A stretch of 56,469 nucleotides of DNA. It comes from Arenicellales bacterium (GTDB taxonomy: Bacteria > Pseudomonadota > Gammaproteobacteria > BMS3Bbin11). The position numbers and the translations under genes were made by a program. Of the stretch, positions 1 to 9,290 are shown in pieces. The notes beneath the pieces are model-generated. The model worked only from the letters and a program-made list of their open reading frames with translations. It had not been told where the DNA came from and did no database searches. The stretch lies in contig JARFQI010000023.1 of assembly GCA_029287855.1 (NCBI GenBank), forward strand, positions 1 through 56,469. The letters are read 5' to 3'. Numbering within the stretch: position 1 is the first letter of the stretch; each line of letters begins with the position of its first letter.

Positions 1-1
1 T

Positions 2-211
2 GTTGAATCACCCGTCGAGATATCAGAAGTCATGCATACCCCCGTATTGACTGCAAGATCAGGCGATACTTTGTCCAATGCTGTCGAAATGATGGCTGAT
101 AACAGGTTCGGTTGCCTGCCGATACTGGACGACAATAACCAAGTGATGGGTATGCTTACAGAAACTGATTTATTCCGCGTACTTTCGGATCATCTGGCGG
201 GTAAATATTAA
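2..211 (+). CDS. CBS domain-containing protein, C-terminal fragment (5' end lies outside the window)
   Basis: The frame is open from the window edge to TAA at 209-211. The translation ...VMHTPVLTARSGDTLSNAVEMMADNRFGCLPILDDNNQVMGMLTETDLFRVL... is a typical CBS repeat. Confidence 0.7.
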   Translation, partial: VESPVEISEVMHTPVLTARSGDTLSNAVEMMADNRFGCLPILDDNNQVMGMLTETDLFRVLSDHLAGKY

Positions 212-278
212 ATCCGCAGCCCGCTGAGATAAAAAAGATTCTCAACTGCTAATTGTGATATCGATACAGAAAGGCAGT

Positions 279-644
279 TTATAGCAGATTCCACCTGGCG
301 ATGAGTTCTAATGCCAGCCGTGTGTGCGCAGCACATTCAATAGCTGCAGTTCGCGGGTCTGGCCAGTTCGCCAGTAGCAATACCTCATATTGCTCATAGG
401 ACATTTTATATAAACTTTCACGCAAGGTGTCCGGAGCGATCGCTAAATGAAGTGAAAATCGGTCGACGTATACATCAATCAGGTGAGTTGCGAAGTCCAT
501 GCGGCCGCACCTGGCCAGCCTGGCTGCCGGTTCAGCCACGTAAGCTCTTTGTTCGACACTCATTCGCTGAGGATTTTCTATGCGTTGGCCATAAACATTT
601 CCAATCAGCAGTGACAGAAATATCGCTGCAATTATCTTTCTCAT
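279..644 (-). CDS. Hypothetical small secreted protein
   Basis: 121-aa ORF with an N-terminal signal-peptide-like segment, MRKIIAAIFLSLLIGNVYG. I recognise no family motif. Confidence 0.5.
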   Translation of the reverse strand: MRKIIAAIFLSLLIGNVYGQRIENPQRMSVEQRAYVAEPAARLARCGRMDFATHLIDVYVDRFSLHLAIAPDTLRESLYKMSYEQYEVLLLANWPDPRTAAIECAAHTRLALELIARWNLL

Positions 645-795
645 GACCCAGGTTTCCTTAATTTGTCATTAGATGTTTTCATGCAAATCCTCATAGCTTG
701 TGATAATACAAAAATATCAAAGAATGACAAATACTCCTGCAACCAGGCAATTAGAAGAAAATATTTTAGTTACTTTCACTGTGAAACTTGTCTAT

Positions 796-2370
796 CTAAT
801 GCTCTTTTGTCGCGCGGAAATCAATCGCCGGATACCTTTCTATCGCGAGGTCAAGATTCACCCGTGTTGGGGCGAGGTAGGTCAGGCTGCCTGAACCATC
901 AAGTGCAAGATTAGTTGAGGCCTTCTGCTTTAGCAGCTCAATTTCCCGCTCATCATCAGATTCAACCCAGCGTGCAGTAGTGACATTTGCGGCCTCGAAT
1001 ATGCACTCAACGCGATATTCCGATTTCAGGCGCTGGGCTACGACATCAAACTGCAAAACACCAACAGCACCGAGGATCAATTCATTCGATTCAAGCGGCC
1101 TGAACAATTGCGTAGCACCCTCTTCACTAAGTTGCTGCAGCCCTTTCAATAAAGCCTTATTCTTCAGCGGGTCTTTAAGAATGACTCGGCGGAAGAGCTC
1201 GGGAGCAAAATGCGGTATACCCAGGAATTTAAGCTCCTCTCCTTCGCTAAAGGCATCACCTATCTGTATCGTGCCATGGTTATGAATACCAAGGATATCA
1301 CCCGGCCAGGCATCTTCAGCTGTCGATCTTTCGCCTGCCATGAAGGTCAGTGCATTGTTGACCATCACGTCGCGCCCTAGCCTTACATGGCGCATTTTCA
1401 TGCCTCTGCGGTACTTCCCTGAAGTAACTCGTAAAAACGCAATACGGTCACGATGGGCGGGATCCATATTTGCCTGAATCTTGAAAACGAAACCGGTAAA
1501 TTTTTCCTCGCCCGGGGCGACTTCACGCTGCTTTGCTTCACGAGGTTCAGGATGAGGCGCATGCTCGACAAAACTATCAAGCAGAATTTGCACGCCAAAA
1601 TTATTTATCGCAGAGCCAAAGAATACCGGAGTCAATGAACCATCGAGGTAATCATCCAGGGAAAACTCATGGCTGGCCCCCTGCACCAGTTCAATTTCTT
1701 CCCGTAGCTCGTCGATAGCAGAGCCCAGGACCTCTGCTGCTTCAGCAGAATCAATACCTTCTATGACCTGCCCACCAATTGCCTTGCTACCCGGCTGATA
1801 CAGGTAAATACGGTCTTCGTAAAGATGGTAAACCCCCTGAAAGTCTTTTCCCATGCCGATTGGCCAGGTCATTGGCGCGCAACGAATATCTAGTACCTGT
1901 TCAACCTCATCAAGAATTTCCAGCGGGTCCCGTCCAAAGCGATCCATCTTGTTGACAAAGGTCATGATGGGCGTCGTTCGGAGACGACAGACTTCCATCA
2001 GTTTTATCGTACGGGCTTCTACGCCTTTGGCGATATCGATAACCATCAGGGCAGAGTCGACCGCTGTCAAAGTGCGGTAAGTATCTTCCGAGAAATCTTC
2101 GTGACCAGGCGTGTCGAGAAGATTTACAATTCGATCACGGTAAGGAAACTGCATCACGGAGGTAGTAACAGAAATACCGCGTTGCTGCTCCATTTCCATC
2201 CAGTCAGATGTAGCATGCCGCTCAGCCTTGCGTCCCTTGACTGCCCCGGCGAGCTGAATCGCGCCACCGAATAACAGCAGCTTTTCTGTCAGGGTCGTCT
2301 TACCAGCATCAGGATGCGATATGATGGCAAAAGTACGCCGGCGTAATACTTGGTCTTCCAGTTCACTCAT
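796..2370 (-). CDS. prfC: Peptide chain release factor 3 (translational GTPase)
   Basis: The N-terminus [38 protein letters not shown] plus DTPGHEDF and NKMD G-motifs are present. The 524-aa length is typical of RF3. Confidence 0.95.
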   Translation of the reverse strand: MSELEDQVLRRRTFAIISHPDAGKTTLTEKLLLFGGAIQLAGAVKGRKAERHATSDWMEMEQQRGISVTTSVMQFPYRDRIVNLLDTPGHEDFSEDTYRTLTAVDSALMVIDIAKGVEARTIKLMEVCRLRTTPIMTFVNKMDRFGRDPLEILDEVEQVLDIRCAPMTWPIGMGKDFQGVYHLYEDRIYLYQPGSKAIGGQVIEGIDSAEAAEVLGSAIDELREEIELVQGASHEFSLDDYLDGSLTPVFFGSAINNFGVQILLDSFVEHAPHPEPREAKQREVAPGEEKFTGFVFKIQANMDPAHRDRIAFLRVTSGKYRRGMKMRHVRLGRDVMVNNALTFMAGERSTAEDAWPGDILGIHNHGTIQIGDAFSEGEELKFLGIPHFAPELFRRVILKDPLKNKALLKGLQQLSEEGATQLFRPLESNELILGAVGVLQFDVVAQRLKSEYRVECIFEAANVTTARWVESDDEREIELLKQKASTNLALDGSGSLTYLAPTRVNLDLAIERYPAIDFRATKEH

Positions 2371-2415
2371 TTCGGCAAATCAATATAGTTTTGAAGGATA
2401 CGAATAGTTATAAAA

Positions 2416-3000
2416 TTAATGCAGGGAGGGGCGCCATTCCAGGCCAGCAATAATTTCTGCCTCAACCTCAATGATTTCCTGGTTGCGACGATCTATCTCT
2501 TCCTGATCAAAATAATGCAGCGCCATTTTTTTAAACACATCGCCATGCCGCGCTTCTGTCGCCCATAGATCGCGGTAGAACTCTTTTAATTCAGCATCAT
2601 CTAAGGCTTCGGCGATAATCCTGAATCGTTCAGCTCCGCGTGTTTCGATAACCGACGCTACCAGCAAGCGGTCGAGCAGGCGCTCATCACGTCCATGACG
2701 ACAAATCTTGATCAGTTGATTGACATAGGGGTCTGGCTCGTCTGGAGTCATCTGCAAACCCCGCTTGTCCATTAGCACTAAAACGTCACGAAAATGATCC
2801 AGCTCATCCTGTGCCACCTGTAATAAATCAGGCAGAATTTCTGTTCGATCCGGGTACTTGACCACAACAGACATGGCATAGGCCATCGCCTTCCTCTCAC
2901 AGCTGGCATGATCGATCAGAAATGCATCAAAATTATCCAGAATCACTTGCACCCATTCAGGGTCAGTGGAACTGGCAAGTTGTGCACGCAGTCTTGGCAT
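2416..3000 (-). CDS. miaE: tRNA-(ms2io6A)-hydroxylase MiaE (non-heme diiron)
   Basis: 194 aa. The IDHASCERKA and ATEARH-type ferritin-like diiron motifs and the length fit the MiaE family. Confidence 0.8.
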   Translation of the reverse strand: MPRLRAQLASSTDPEWVQVILDNFDAFLIDHASCERKAMAYAMSVVVKYPDRTEILPDLLQVAQDELDHFRDVLVLMDKRGLQMTPDEPDPYVNQLIKICRHGRDERLLDRLLVASVIETRGAERFRIIAEALDDAELKEFYRDLWATEARHGDVFKKMALHYFDQEEIDRRNQEIIEVEAEIIAGLEWRPSLH

Positions 3001-3286
3001 GAGGAAATCCTAAAACAAAAATTAGCCGCGTATTTTACCATATGCAAGCAGCATCGGTGACGCTGTTTAGCCTGAGTTTTTCTTACCTGATAAATTCCCG
3101 ACAATTCACGAACAAACGCATATTTACCTTGTACAGGAAGACATCAAGGTGTACAGGTGGGCAGCTAACATGAGATTGATTCGAATCTAATTTATCCATC
3201 TACCAGTAAAATACCACTGTGCACTGTTAGGCCTCTGTGGTAAAAATAATTTTCTATTTACCATATATACTTCACTATGCTTTACT

Positions 3287-3826
3287 ATGAAATATTGTCA
3301 AAACTGCGGCTCGACGGTGAGCCTGGCTATACCGCAAGGCGATAACCGCCATCGGCATGTTTGCAGCAGCTGTGGTGACATCCATTATCAGAACCCGAAG
3401 ATCGTCGCCGGCTGCCTGCCGATTTGGGAGGATAAAGTATTGCTCTGCAAACGGGCTATCAACCCGCGTTATGATTTCTGGACATTACCTGCCGGCTTCA
3501 TGGAAAACGAGGAAACACTGGAACAGGCTGCATTAAGGGAAAGTGTCGAAGAGGCGAATGCCACGCTGGAAAACCTGCGACTATATACGGTCCTGAGTCT
3601 GCCGCATATTTCGCAGGTTTACATGATGTTTCTTGCTGATCTGAAAAATACTGATTTCCATCCTGGTTTAGAGAGCCTGCAAACCAACCTTTTTACAGAA
3701 GAAGAAATCCCCTGGAACGAACTGGCCTTCAAAACCATTGATGTCACGCTTCGGCACTACTTTCTGGATCGCAAGAAAGGTGTATTCCCTCTGCATAACA
3801 GCATCATAGAAAAGAAAAGCGATTGA
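3287..3826 (+). CDS. NUDIX hydrolase with N-terminal zinc ribbon
   Basis: A CxxC...CxxC ribbon (CQNCGS...CSSCGD) is followed by the Nudix box GFMENEETLEQAALRESVEEANA. Confidence 0.85.
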   Translation: MKYCQNCGSTVSLAIPQGDNRHRHVCSSCGDIHYQNPKIVAGCLPIWEDKVLLCKRAINPRYDFWTLPAGFMENEETLEQAALRESVEEANATLENLRLYTVLSLPHISQVYMMFLADLKNTDFHPGLESLQTNLFTEEEIPWNELAFKTIDVTLRHYFLDRKKGVFPLHNSIIEKKSD

Positions 3827-3956
3827 GCCTGGACGCTTTTCAGTCTCGACGAGCGAAAATGCATCATCACCAGCTAAGGACTAAAAGCAAATATAGTACA
3901 GGATTCAAATCTATAGAATTTCAATGGAACCTGGAACTCAGGATTAAAACTGCTCT

Positions 3957-4475
3957 TCATTCATTTACAAACCTGAACATCTCGATCTTCCAGCTCTCTT
4001 CACTTGCCTTAAGTACCAGACAGGAAGATCCGCCACGATTAAGGCGATTGCCTGCGGCGCCCGGGTTCAGCAACCATCGCCCTTGCACTTTGTCATGCTG
4101 TACATAATGGCTATGGCCGTAAACCACTGCCCTTGCTTCAGGAAAGTGTGACAGAATAGCGGATTGCGGGTCTTTTCGACTCCAGTACTGGTGGCCATGA
4201 ATTACTGCCATGGTACCTCCTGGCAGATCAATTCGTCGCTCATCCTGCAGCTCTGTAAGGCTGAAGCTGCTCTCCTGTTGCCATTGCTGGGCGACGTCGT
4301 TATTTCCTCTGACAACAACCAGCCGGCCTTTTTTCGGCCTAAGCTGTTCAAGAACATGTCCTCCACAGACATCACCGGCATGGACAATAATGTCGCAATT
4401 GTTCATTCTCTCGAGAACGCCAGGATGAATAGCCCCATGTGTGTCTGAGAGAATACCAACTGTTGTGCTATTCAT
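3957..4475 (-). CDS. YfcE/MJ0936-family metallophosphoesterase
   Basis: Motifs ILSDTHG, HAGDV, GNND, HGH and GHSH are present. The start is moved to the internal ATG (MNSTTVGILSDTHG), which has AGGA upstream. The ORF-track start at 4508 adds 11 aa. Confidence 0.8.
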   Translation of the reverse strand: MNSTTVGILSDTHGAIHPGVLERMNNCDIIVHAGDVCGGHVLEQLRPKKGRLVVVRGNNDVAQQWQQESSFSLTELQDERRIDLPGGTMAVIHGHQYWSRKDPQSAILSHFPEARAVVYGHSHYVQHDKVQGRWLLNPGAAGNRLNRGGSSCLVLKASEESWKIEMFRFVNE

Positions 4476-4725
4476 GAGTATTCCTAGATTCTGCAAATTC
4501 CATGTCAAAAATATAGATTGTCATAACAGGGCGTTGAATTCCACTCGAGCTAGAAAGAAAGATATTGATAGCTGCACGAAATTCCTGTCAGGCAATTATG
4601 CTCGCTTTAAAATTCATTATGATCTATTCAACAATATGAATATGGCAGGCCTGGTCAACCCCGACCGTCCTGATCAAGCCTGCATGCGAGCAGATATTCT
4701 GAAAAAACCTCACTAGCTGACAAAG

Positions 4726-4752
4726 AAAAGCCGCCAGTTTATGGCGGCTTTT
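4726..4752 (-). terminator. Rho-independent terminator downstream of sat (possibly bidirectional)
   Basis: Hairpin aaaagccgcc-agtttat-ggcggctttt, with T-rich runs after the stem on both strands. Confidence 0.7.
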
Positions 4753-4778
4753 CATTTACTTAGACCACTGAACTGCGC

Positions 4779-5966
4779 TTAATTAAGACTCTGATAATAA
4801 TCCATCAGAATCTGAGCAACTTCAGGACGCGAAAACTCAGGTGGTGGTGCTTTACCATCTCCAAGCATTTCTCGTACAGCGGTACCAGAAAGAAGAATAA
4901 AATCATCTTTTGTGTGATCAGTTACATCACGCATCATGACAACCTTATTTAATTTTTTAGAGTAGGCGGTGTGATCTGCATTGAATATCTCAATGTCGAG
5001 GGAACCAGCAGGCACTTCTTCATCGAAGATGGTCTGTGCATCGAAGGCACCATAATAGTCACCTACACCGGCGTGATCTCTACCAATAATGAAATGTGTT
5101 GCACCCATATTCTGACGGAACAGAGCGTGCAGCACAGCCTCACGGGGACCCGCGTAAAGCATATCGAAACCGTAACCAGTAATCATTACTGAATTTGGAG
5201 GGAAATACAGTTCAGCCATTTTACGGATAGATGCATCACGCACAGGTGCAGGAATATCACCAGGTTTCAGCTTGCCGAGCAGCATATGAATGATGCAGCC
5301 ATCGGCACCAACACCTTCCATTGCCATTTTACATAGCTCTTCATGAGCCCGATGCATTGGGTTCCTGGTCTGGAATGCAACAATCTTCTTCCATCCGTGT
5401 TCTTGAATCTCATTGCGGATTTCAACAGCAGTGCGGAAGGTATCAGGAAACTCAGACTGGAAATAGCTGAAATTCAGTACTTCAATTGGCCCGGATACAG
5501 CAACCTGTCCCTGTGCATTAAATGCAGCAACACCCGGGTGCTCCGGATCGTTAGTGCGATAGACTTTATTAGTCATCAGGGCCATCTGCTCGTCGCTGAC
5601 ATTTTCAATAGCCGTTACAGTCTGCACAGCAAGAACAGGATTGTCGTCTACATTAGGATCTCGCAACGCGATCCGGTCCCCGACAGCAAAGCCCTCGGCT
5701 TTCTCTGTCAGATTAAGCACTGGCACGGGAAAGAACACACCATCCGTGGTCACCATCTTTTCGGCGCAAGAAATAGCATCGGCGATATTCATAAACCCGG
5801 TTAACGGGTTGTAGTAACCAGCACCCAACATGACGGCGTTACCGGCTGCTGATGAACTCAGTAGGAGGGAAGGCAATGTTTCTGCCTCTTTGGATAATGC
5901 TTCATGTTTTTCCGTATCGTAAACGAATAGCGGATTTAACTCATCGGAACCGTGAGGTTTAATCAT
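4779..5966 (-). CDS. sat: Sulfate adenylyltransferase (ATP sulfurylase), homo-oligomeric Sat/SopT type
   Basis: Motifs QTRNPMHRAHEEL and IIGRDHAGVGDYYG are present. The 395-aa protein is collinear with my recollection of ATP sulfurylases from sulfur-oxidising symbionts. Confidence 0.92.
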   Translation of the reverse strand: MIKPHGSDELNPLFVYDTEKHEALSKEAETLPSLLLSSSAAGNAVMLGAGYYNPLTGFMNIADAISCAEKMVTTDGVFFPVPVLNLTEKAEGFAVGDRIALRDPNVDDNPVLAVQTVTAIENVSDEQMALMTNKVYRTNDPEHPGVAAFNAQGQVAVSGPIEVLNFSYFQSEFPDTFRTAVEIRNEIQEHGWKKIVAFQTRNPMHRAHEELCKMAMEGVGADGCIIHMLLGKLKPGDIPAPVRDASIRKMAELYFPPNSVMITGYGFDMLYAGPREAVLHALFRQNMGATHFIIGRDHAGVGDYYGAFDAQTIFDEEVPAGSLDIEIFNADHTAYSKKLNKVVMMRDVTDHTKDDFILLSGTAVREMLGDGKAPPPEFSRPEVAQILMDYYQSLN

Positions 5967-6152
5967 TGCTCAGAAACTCCTTGCTTGATGATTCGGATAT
6001 TTAGTGGTCGCACATTCTTCAGCTTTCGTGAGCATCTGTCAATCAATGCTTTTTATGTGGATATTGGCAACAGTGTTAGCTAATTGACAGAAACCCTGTA
6101 TTGTCCCTGCAGCTTTATGGAGAAGTGTGTAGAAATCCAGAGACGATTCAAT

Positions 6153-6782
6153 TCATTCAGCGGTCAGTTCACGAAACTCACTTAGTATCCGCTCATACTT
6201 CTCGGAAGTTTGTTCTCGCTCACGGCGTAGTCGTGTAATAGCCTGATAATATGCATCAATACTTTCCTGCTGTGAGTTTATCTGTGATTCACGCTTTGCC
6301 CTGGCCTTGGGGTCTTCAGGCACTTTTTTTGATTCCAACACTTTCATATCCAACCGCATATCATCCAGCAACGCTTCCTGTACCCGGATATTATTATCCA
6401 TTCCTTTGAGTCTTTCATCTCGTGCTCGAATAATGCTTTCTTCTCTTGGATAGATCGCCAGAATGCGTCTTTTCTCAAGCTCTCGCTTGGCATTTTCCCT
6501 TTCTTCAGCCGCTTTCCGCTTTTCTTCCGCTTCCAGTGCATTAAATTCTTCAACTGTCATCGGAGGAGGGATTTCATCAATCTTACGTCCTCTATCATCA
6601 ATAATGGTTATCCTGGCATCCCCGCAAATAGAGGCGGCATTATCACCGTAGTGCCATTTGCCATCCGCGTCCTGACATTTGCTGATTGCATGAGCAGAAA
6701 CTGAGAAAAAAAGAACCGCTGGCGACAAAAAAAGAACGAGGCCAGCGAATTGTAATTTTAGATTAGGCATACTTCTACTCAC
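6153..6782 (-). CDS. DUF4124-like secreted coiled-coil protein
   Basis: A signal peptide is followed by a CQDADGKWHYGDN motif (DUF4124-like), then a long charged coiled-coil region rich in E, K and R. Confidence 0.55.
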   Translation of the reverse strand: MSRSMPNLKLQFAGLVLFLSPAVLFFSVSAHAISKCQDADGKWHYGDNAASICGDARITIIDDRGRKIDEIPPPMTVEEFNALEAEEKRKAAEERENAKRELEKRRILAIYPREESIIRARDERLKGMDNNIRVQEALLDDMRLDMKVLESKKVPEDPKARAKRESQINSQQESIDAYYQAITRLRREREQTSEKYERILSEFRELTAE

Positions 6783-6935
6783 AGGTAATAATTGATGTTC
6801 AATATCTGATAAGAATAAGTCAGCTCAAGACCAGAGAAGTTTTAATGAGCATATTATATTTAATAATACTTCAACATAATAATAGTTCAACATCATAATA
6901 CTTCAATACCAGAGATAAGTCTGACAGAATTGATA

Positions 6936-7703
6936 ATGGATTTATTTGAACAAATTCTGCTGTTTTTCATTTCAACTGCTGCCAATACATTTTCTGCTTA
7001 CGCTGGTGGCGGAGCGGGGCTGCTCCAGCTGCCTGCACTGATCTTTCTTGGCCTGCCGTTTGCCGTTGCCCTGGCGACACATAAAATTGCCAGCGTTGCC
7101 CTGGGTGTAGGTGCTGCCATTCGTCACTCCCGAGAGAAGAAACTGCAATGGCGCTTTGCAATGTTCATCCTTGTTACCGGCGTTGCAGGCGTTATCCCGG
7201 GCGCCCGCTTCATCCTCACCGTACCGGAGAACATTGCCAACCTGTCTTTGGGTATCATGACCGTGGGGCTTGCTGTTTATTCCTGGCGAAAACCCGATAT
7301 GGGTATAGATTTGAAGGCCATGCATCGTGATGCATACGGCTATCTGCTTGGCGGTGTTGTGCTATTCTTCATTGGTGTGCTCAATGGCTCTCTGACATCG
7401 GGTACCGGTTTGTTCTGTACTATATGGCTCGTACGCTGGTTTGGCCTGGACTACAAACTCGCGGTTGCCTATACACTGGTCGTTGTGGGCATTTTCTGGA
7501 ATGGATCTGGTGCACTGACCCTGGCACTGCTGGGTACGGTAAAATGGTCGTGGCTGCCGGTGCTTATAATTGGCTCAGCTGTTGGTGGTTATAGTGGCGC
7601 ACATCTCGCCATCAGAAGTCACAACAGCTCGATCAAGCGTGCTTTTGAACTAGTTACTCTTGTTACTGGTTTTGCTTTGATAATCAAAGCGCTGACTGCC
7701 TGA
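6936..7703 (+). CDS. TauE/SafE family sulfite/anion exporter membrane protein
   Basis: Polytopic membrane protein with G-rich helices ([16 protein letters not shown] ... GAHLAIR) typical of TauE/SafE. An ATG at 6936 is preferred over the TTG at 6930. Confidence 0.8.
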   Translation: MDLFEQILLFFISTAANTFSAYAGGGAGLLQLPALIFLGLPFAVALATHKIASVALGVGAAIRHSREKKLQWRFAMFILVTGVAGVIPGARFILTVPENIANLSLGIMTVGLAVYSWRKPDMGIDLKAMHRDAYGYLLGGVVLFFIGVLNGSLTSGTGLFCTIWLVRWFGLDYKLAVAYTLVVVGIFWNGSGALTLALLGTVKWSWLPVLIIGSAVGGYSGAHLAIRSHNSSIKRAFELVTLVTGFALIIKALTA

Positions 7704-8462
7704 TAAGTACATAATCAGCAGACCCGCCACAACCATTGGGAGTGACAATATCTGCCCCATGGTCATCCAGTCCAGTGCCACAAAACCAAGATAGTCATCA
7801 GGTTCACGGGTAAACTCGACGATAAACCTGAATACACCATAGAGCACAAGAAACAGACCAGAGATACGGGCAACGGGACGCGGTGAAGCACTATAAATCC
7901 ACAGAATCGCAAATAGAACTAAACCTTCGAGCAAGGCTTCGTAGAGCTGCGATGGATGCCGAGGCTGACTGCCTGCAAGTGGGAAAACCATCCCCCATGA
8001 CAGATCTGTAACCCGTCCCCAGAGTTCCTGATTAATAAAATTCCCGATTCGTCCAAAGAACAGACCGATAGGAACCAGCGGTGCAACAAAGTCACTAACC
8101 TGAAAAAAGCTCCTGTCTGTTTTTCTGGCAAATATCCAGATAGCAACTAGCACCCCGAGCAAGCCACCATGGAAAGACATTCCTCCTTCCCATACACGAA
8201 AAATATCAAGCGGCTGTGCAAGGTAATCTTCAAACTTGTAAAAAAAGATGTATCCGACACGTCCGCCCAGCACTGCACCGAGCGCCCCATATAGAATCAG
8301 GTCACCGACCTGGTCTTTGTCCCAGCTTTCTCGCTGTGCCGCGCGCCATACACCCAGCCCCCACGCTGCAGAAAACCCAAACAAGTACATCATGCCGTAC
8401 CAATGCACTTTTAGTGGTCCGATACTGACAAGCACGGGATCAATTTCAGGATAATTAATCAT
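7650..8462 (-). CDS. lgt: Prolipoprotein diacylglyceryl transferase
   Basis: The N-terminus [24 protein letters not shown] plus the [14 protein letters not shown] and HPSQLYEA motifs are present. Confidence 0.93.
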   Translation of the reverse strand: MINYPEIDPVLVSIGPLKVHWYGMMYLFGFSAAWGLGVWRAAQRESWDKDQVGDLILYGALGAVLGGRVGYIFFYKFEDYLAQPLDIFRVWEGGMSFHGGLLGVLVAIWIFARKTDRSFFQVSDFVAPLVPIGLFFGRIGNFINQELWGRVTDLSWGMVFPLAGSQPRHPSQLYEALLEGLVLFAILWIYSASPRPVARISGLFLVLYGVFRFIVEFTREPDDYLGFVALDWMTMGQILSLPMVVAGLLIMYLSGSQRFDYQSKTSNKSN

Positions 8463-8746
8463 TTCTGCATTATCGCCTTAAATGAACGCGAGAAAAACAC
8501 AAAAAACCATTTAACAGGAAACTATCCGCCTGCTCCATCATTGATCTTCGCTGCAATTTTACGATGATTTCTTATCAGCGACTTAGTCAGCTTCAGCACG
8601 AGGAAAAAAATCATCTGGCTATAATAAAGCGAGAGAAGATTATCCCCTCCAACCACCAAATGTTACTGATTCTGTTGCTGCCACGACCGCTTTATATTCC
8701 CCTACTCTCACTGTCTTGTTTGCATCTGTAAAAAAATAGTCATGCT

Positions 8747-9202
8747 ATGCAGATGTCAAATTCGCTGATCAATGAAACCAGCCTCTACTTATTGCAGCAT
8801 GCAGAGAATCCGTTCTACTGGTACCCATGGACTGCAGCAGCACTCGAAATTGCACACATTGAAGACAAGCCAATTTTACTGTCGATAGGTTACGCAGCCT
8901 GCCACTTGTGCCATGTCATGGTACACGAGTCTTTTGAGGACCAGGCGACTGCAGACATCATGAACCGTCACTTTATCTGCATCAAGGTAGACCGTGAAGA
9001 GCGGCCGGATATCGACAAGATATACCAGACAGCCTACCAGATGCTAAACCAGAAACACGGCGGCTGGCCGTTAAACATGTTTCTGAGCCCAGAGAGTCAT
9101 CATCCTTTTTTTGGCGGCACATACTTCCCTCCGGATGATGGCGTACTGGCATACCCCTGTCGCGGCAGCACCTGTTTGCCAGCGATTTCAGATATTCAAT
9201 GA
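8747..9202 (+). pseudogene. Internally deleted remnant of a COG1331/YyaL-type thioredoxin-domain (DUF255) protein
   Basis: The first ~125 aa match the DUF255 N-terminus ([19 protein letters not shown]...[20 protein letters not shown]...[16 protein letters not shown]...[11 protein letters not shown]...FFGGTYFPP). The ORF then jumps to a C-terminal-like [15 protein letters not shown] and stops at 151 aa. As I recall, family members are several hundred aa long. Confidence 0.65.
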
Positions 9203-9290
9203 ATTACACGAGTACCTGGTAGATCCTGCTGTCTGAGTTTGCCTCGTATTGCCTGTTGATAGCAAATCTGCGATAAGCCAATACTGGCAA

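Noticed and set aside
663-914. 83-aa and 64-aa + strand ORFs between the hypothetical gene and prfC
   Set aside because: They overlap the 3' end of prfC on the other strand and have no supporting signals.
3823-4107. 94-aa + strand ORF following the NUDIX gene
   Set aside because: It largely overlaps the well-supported metallophosphoesterase gene on the opposite strand, and its composition is atypical for a real protein.
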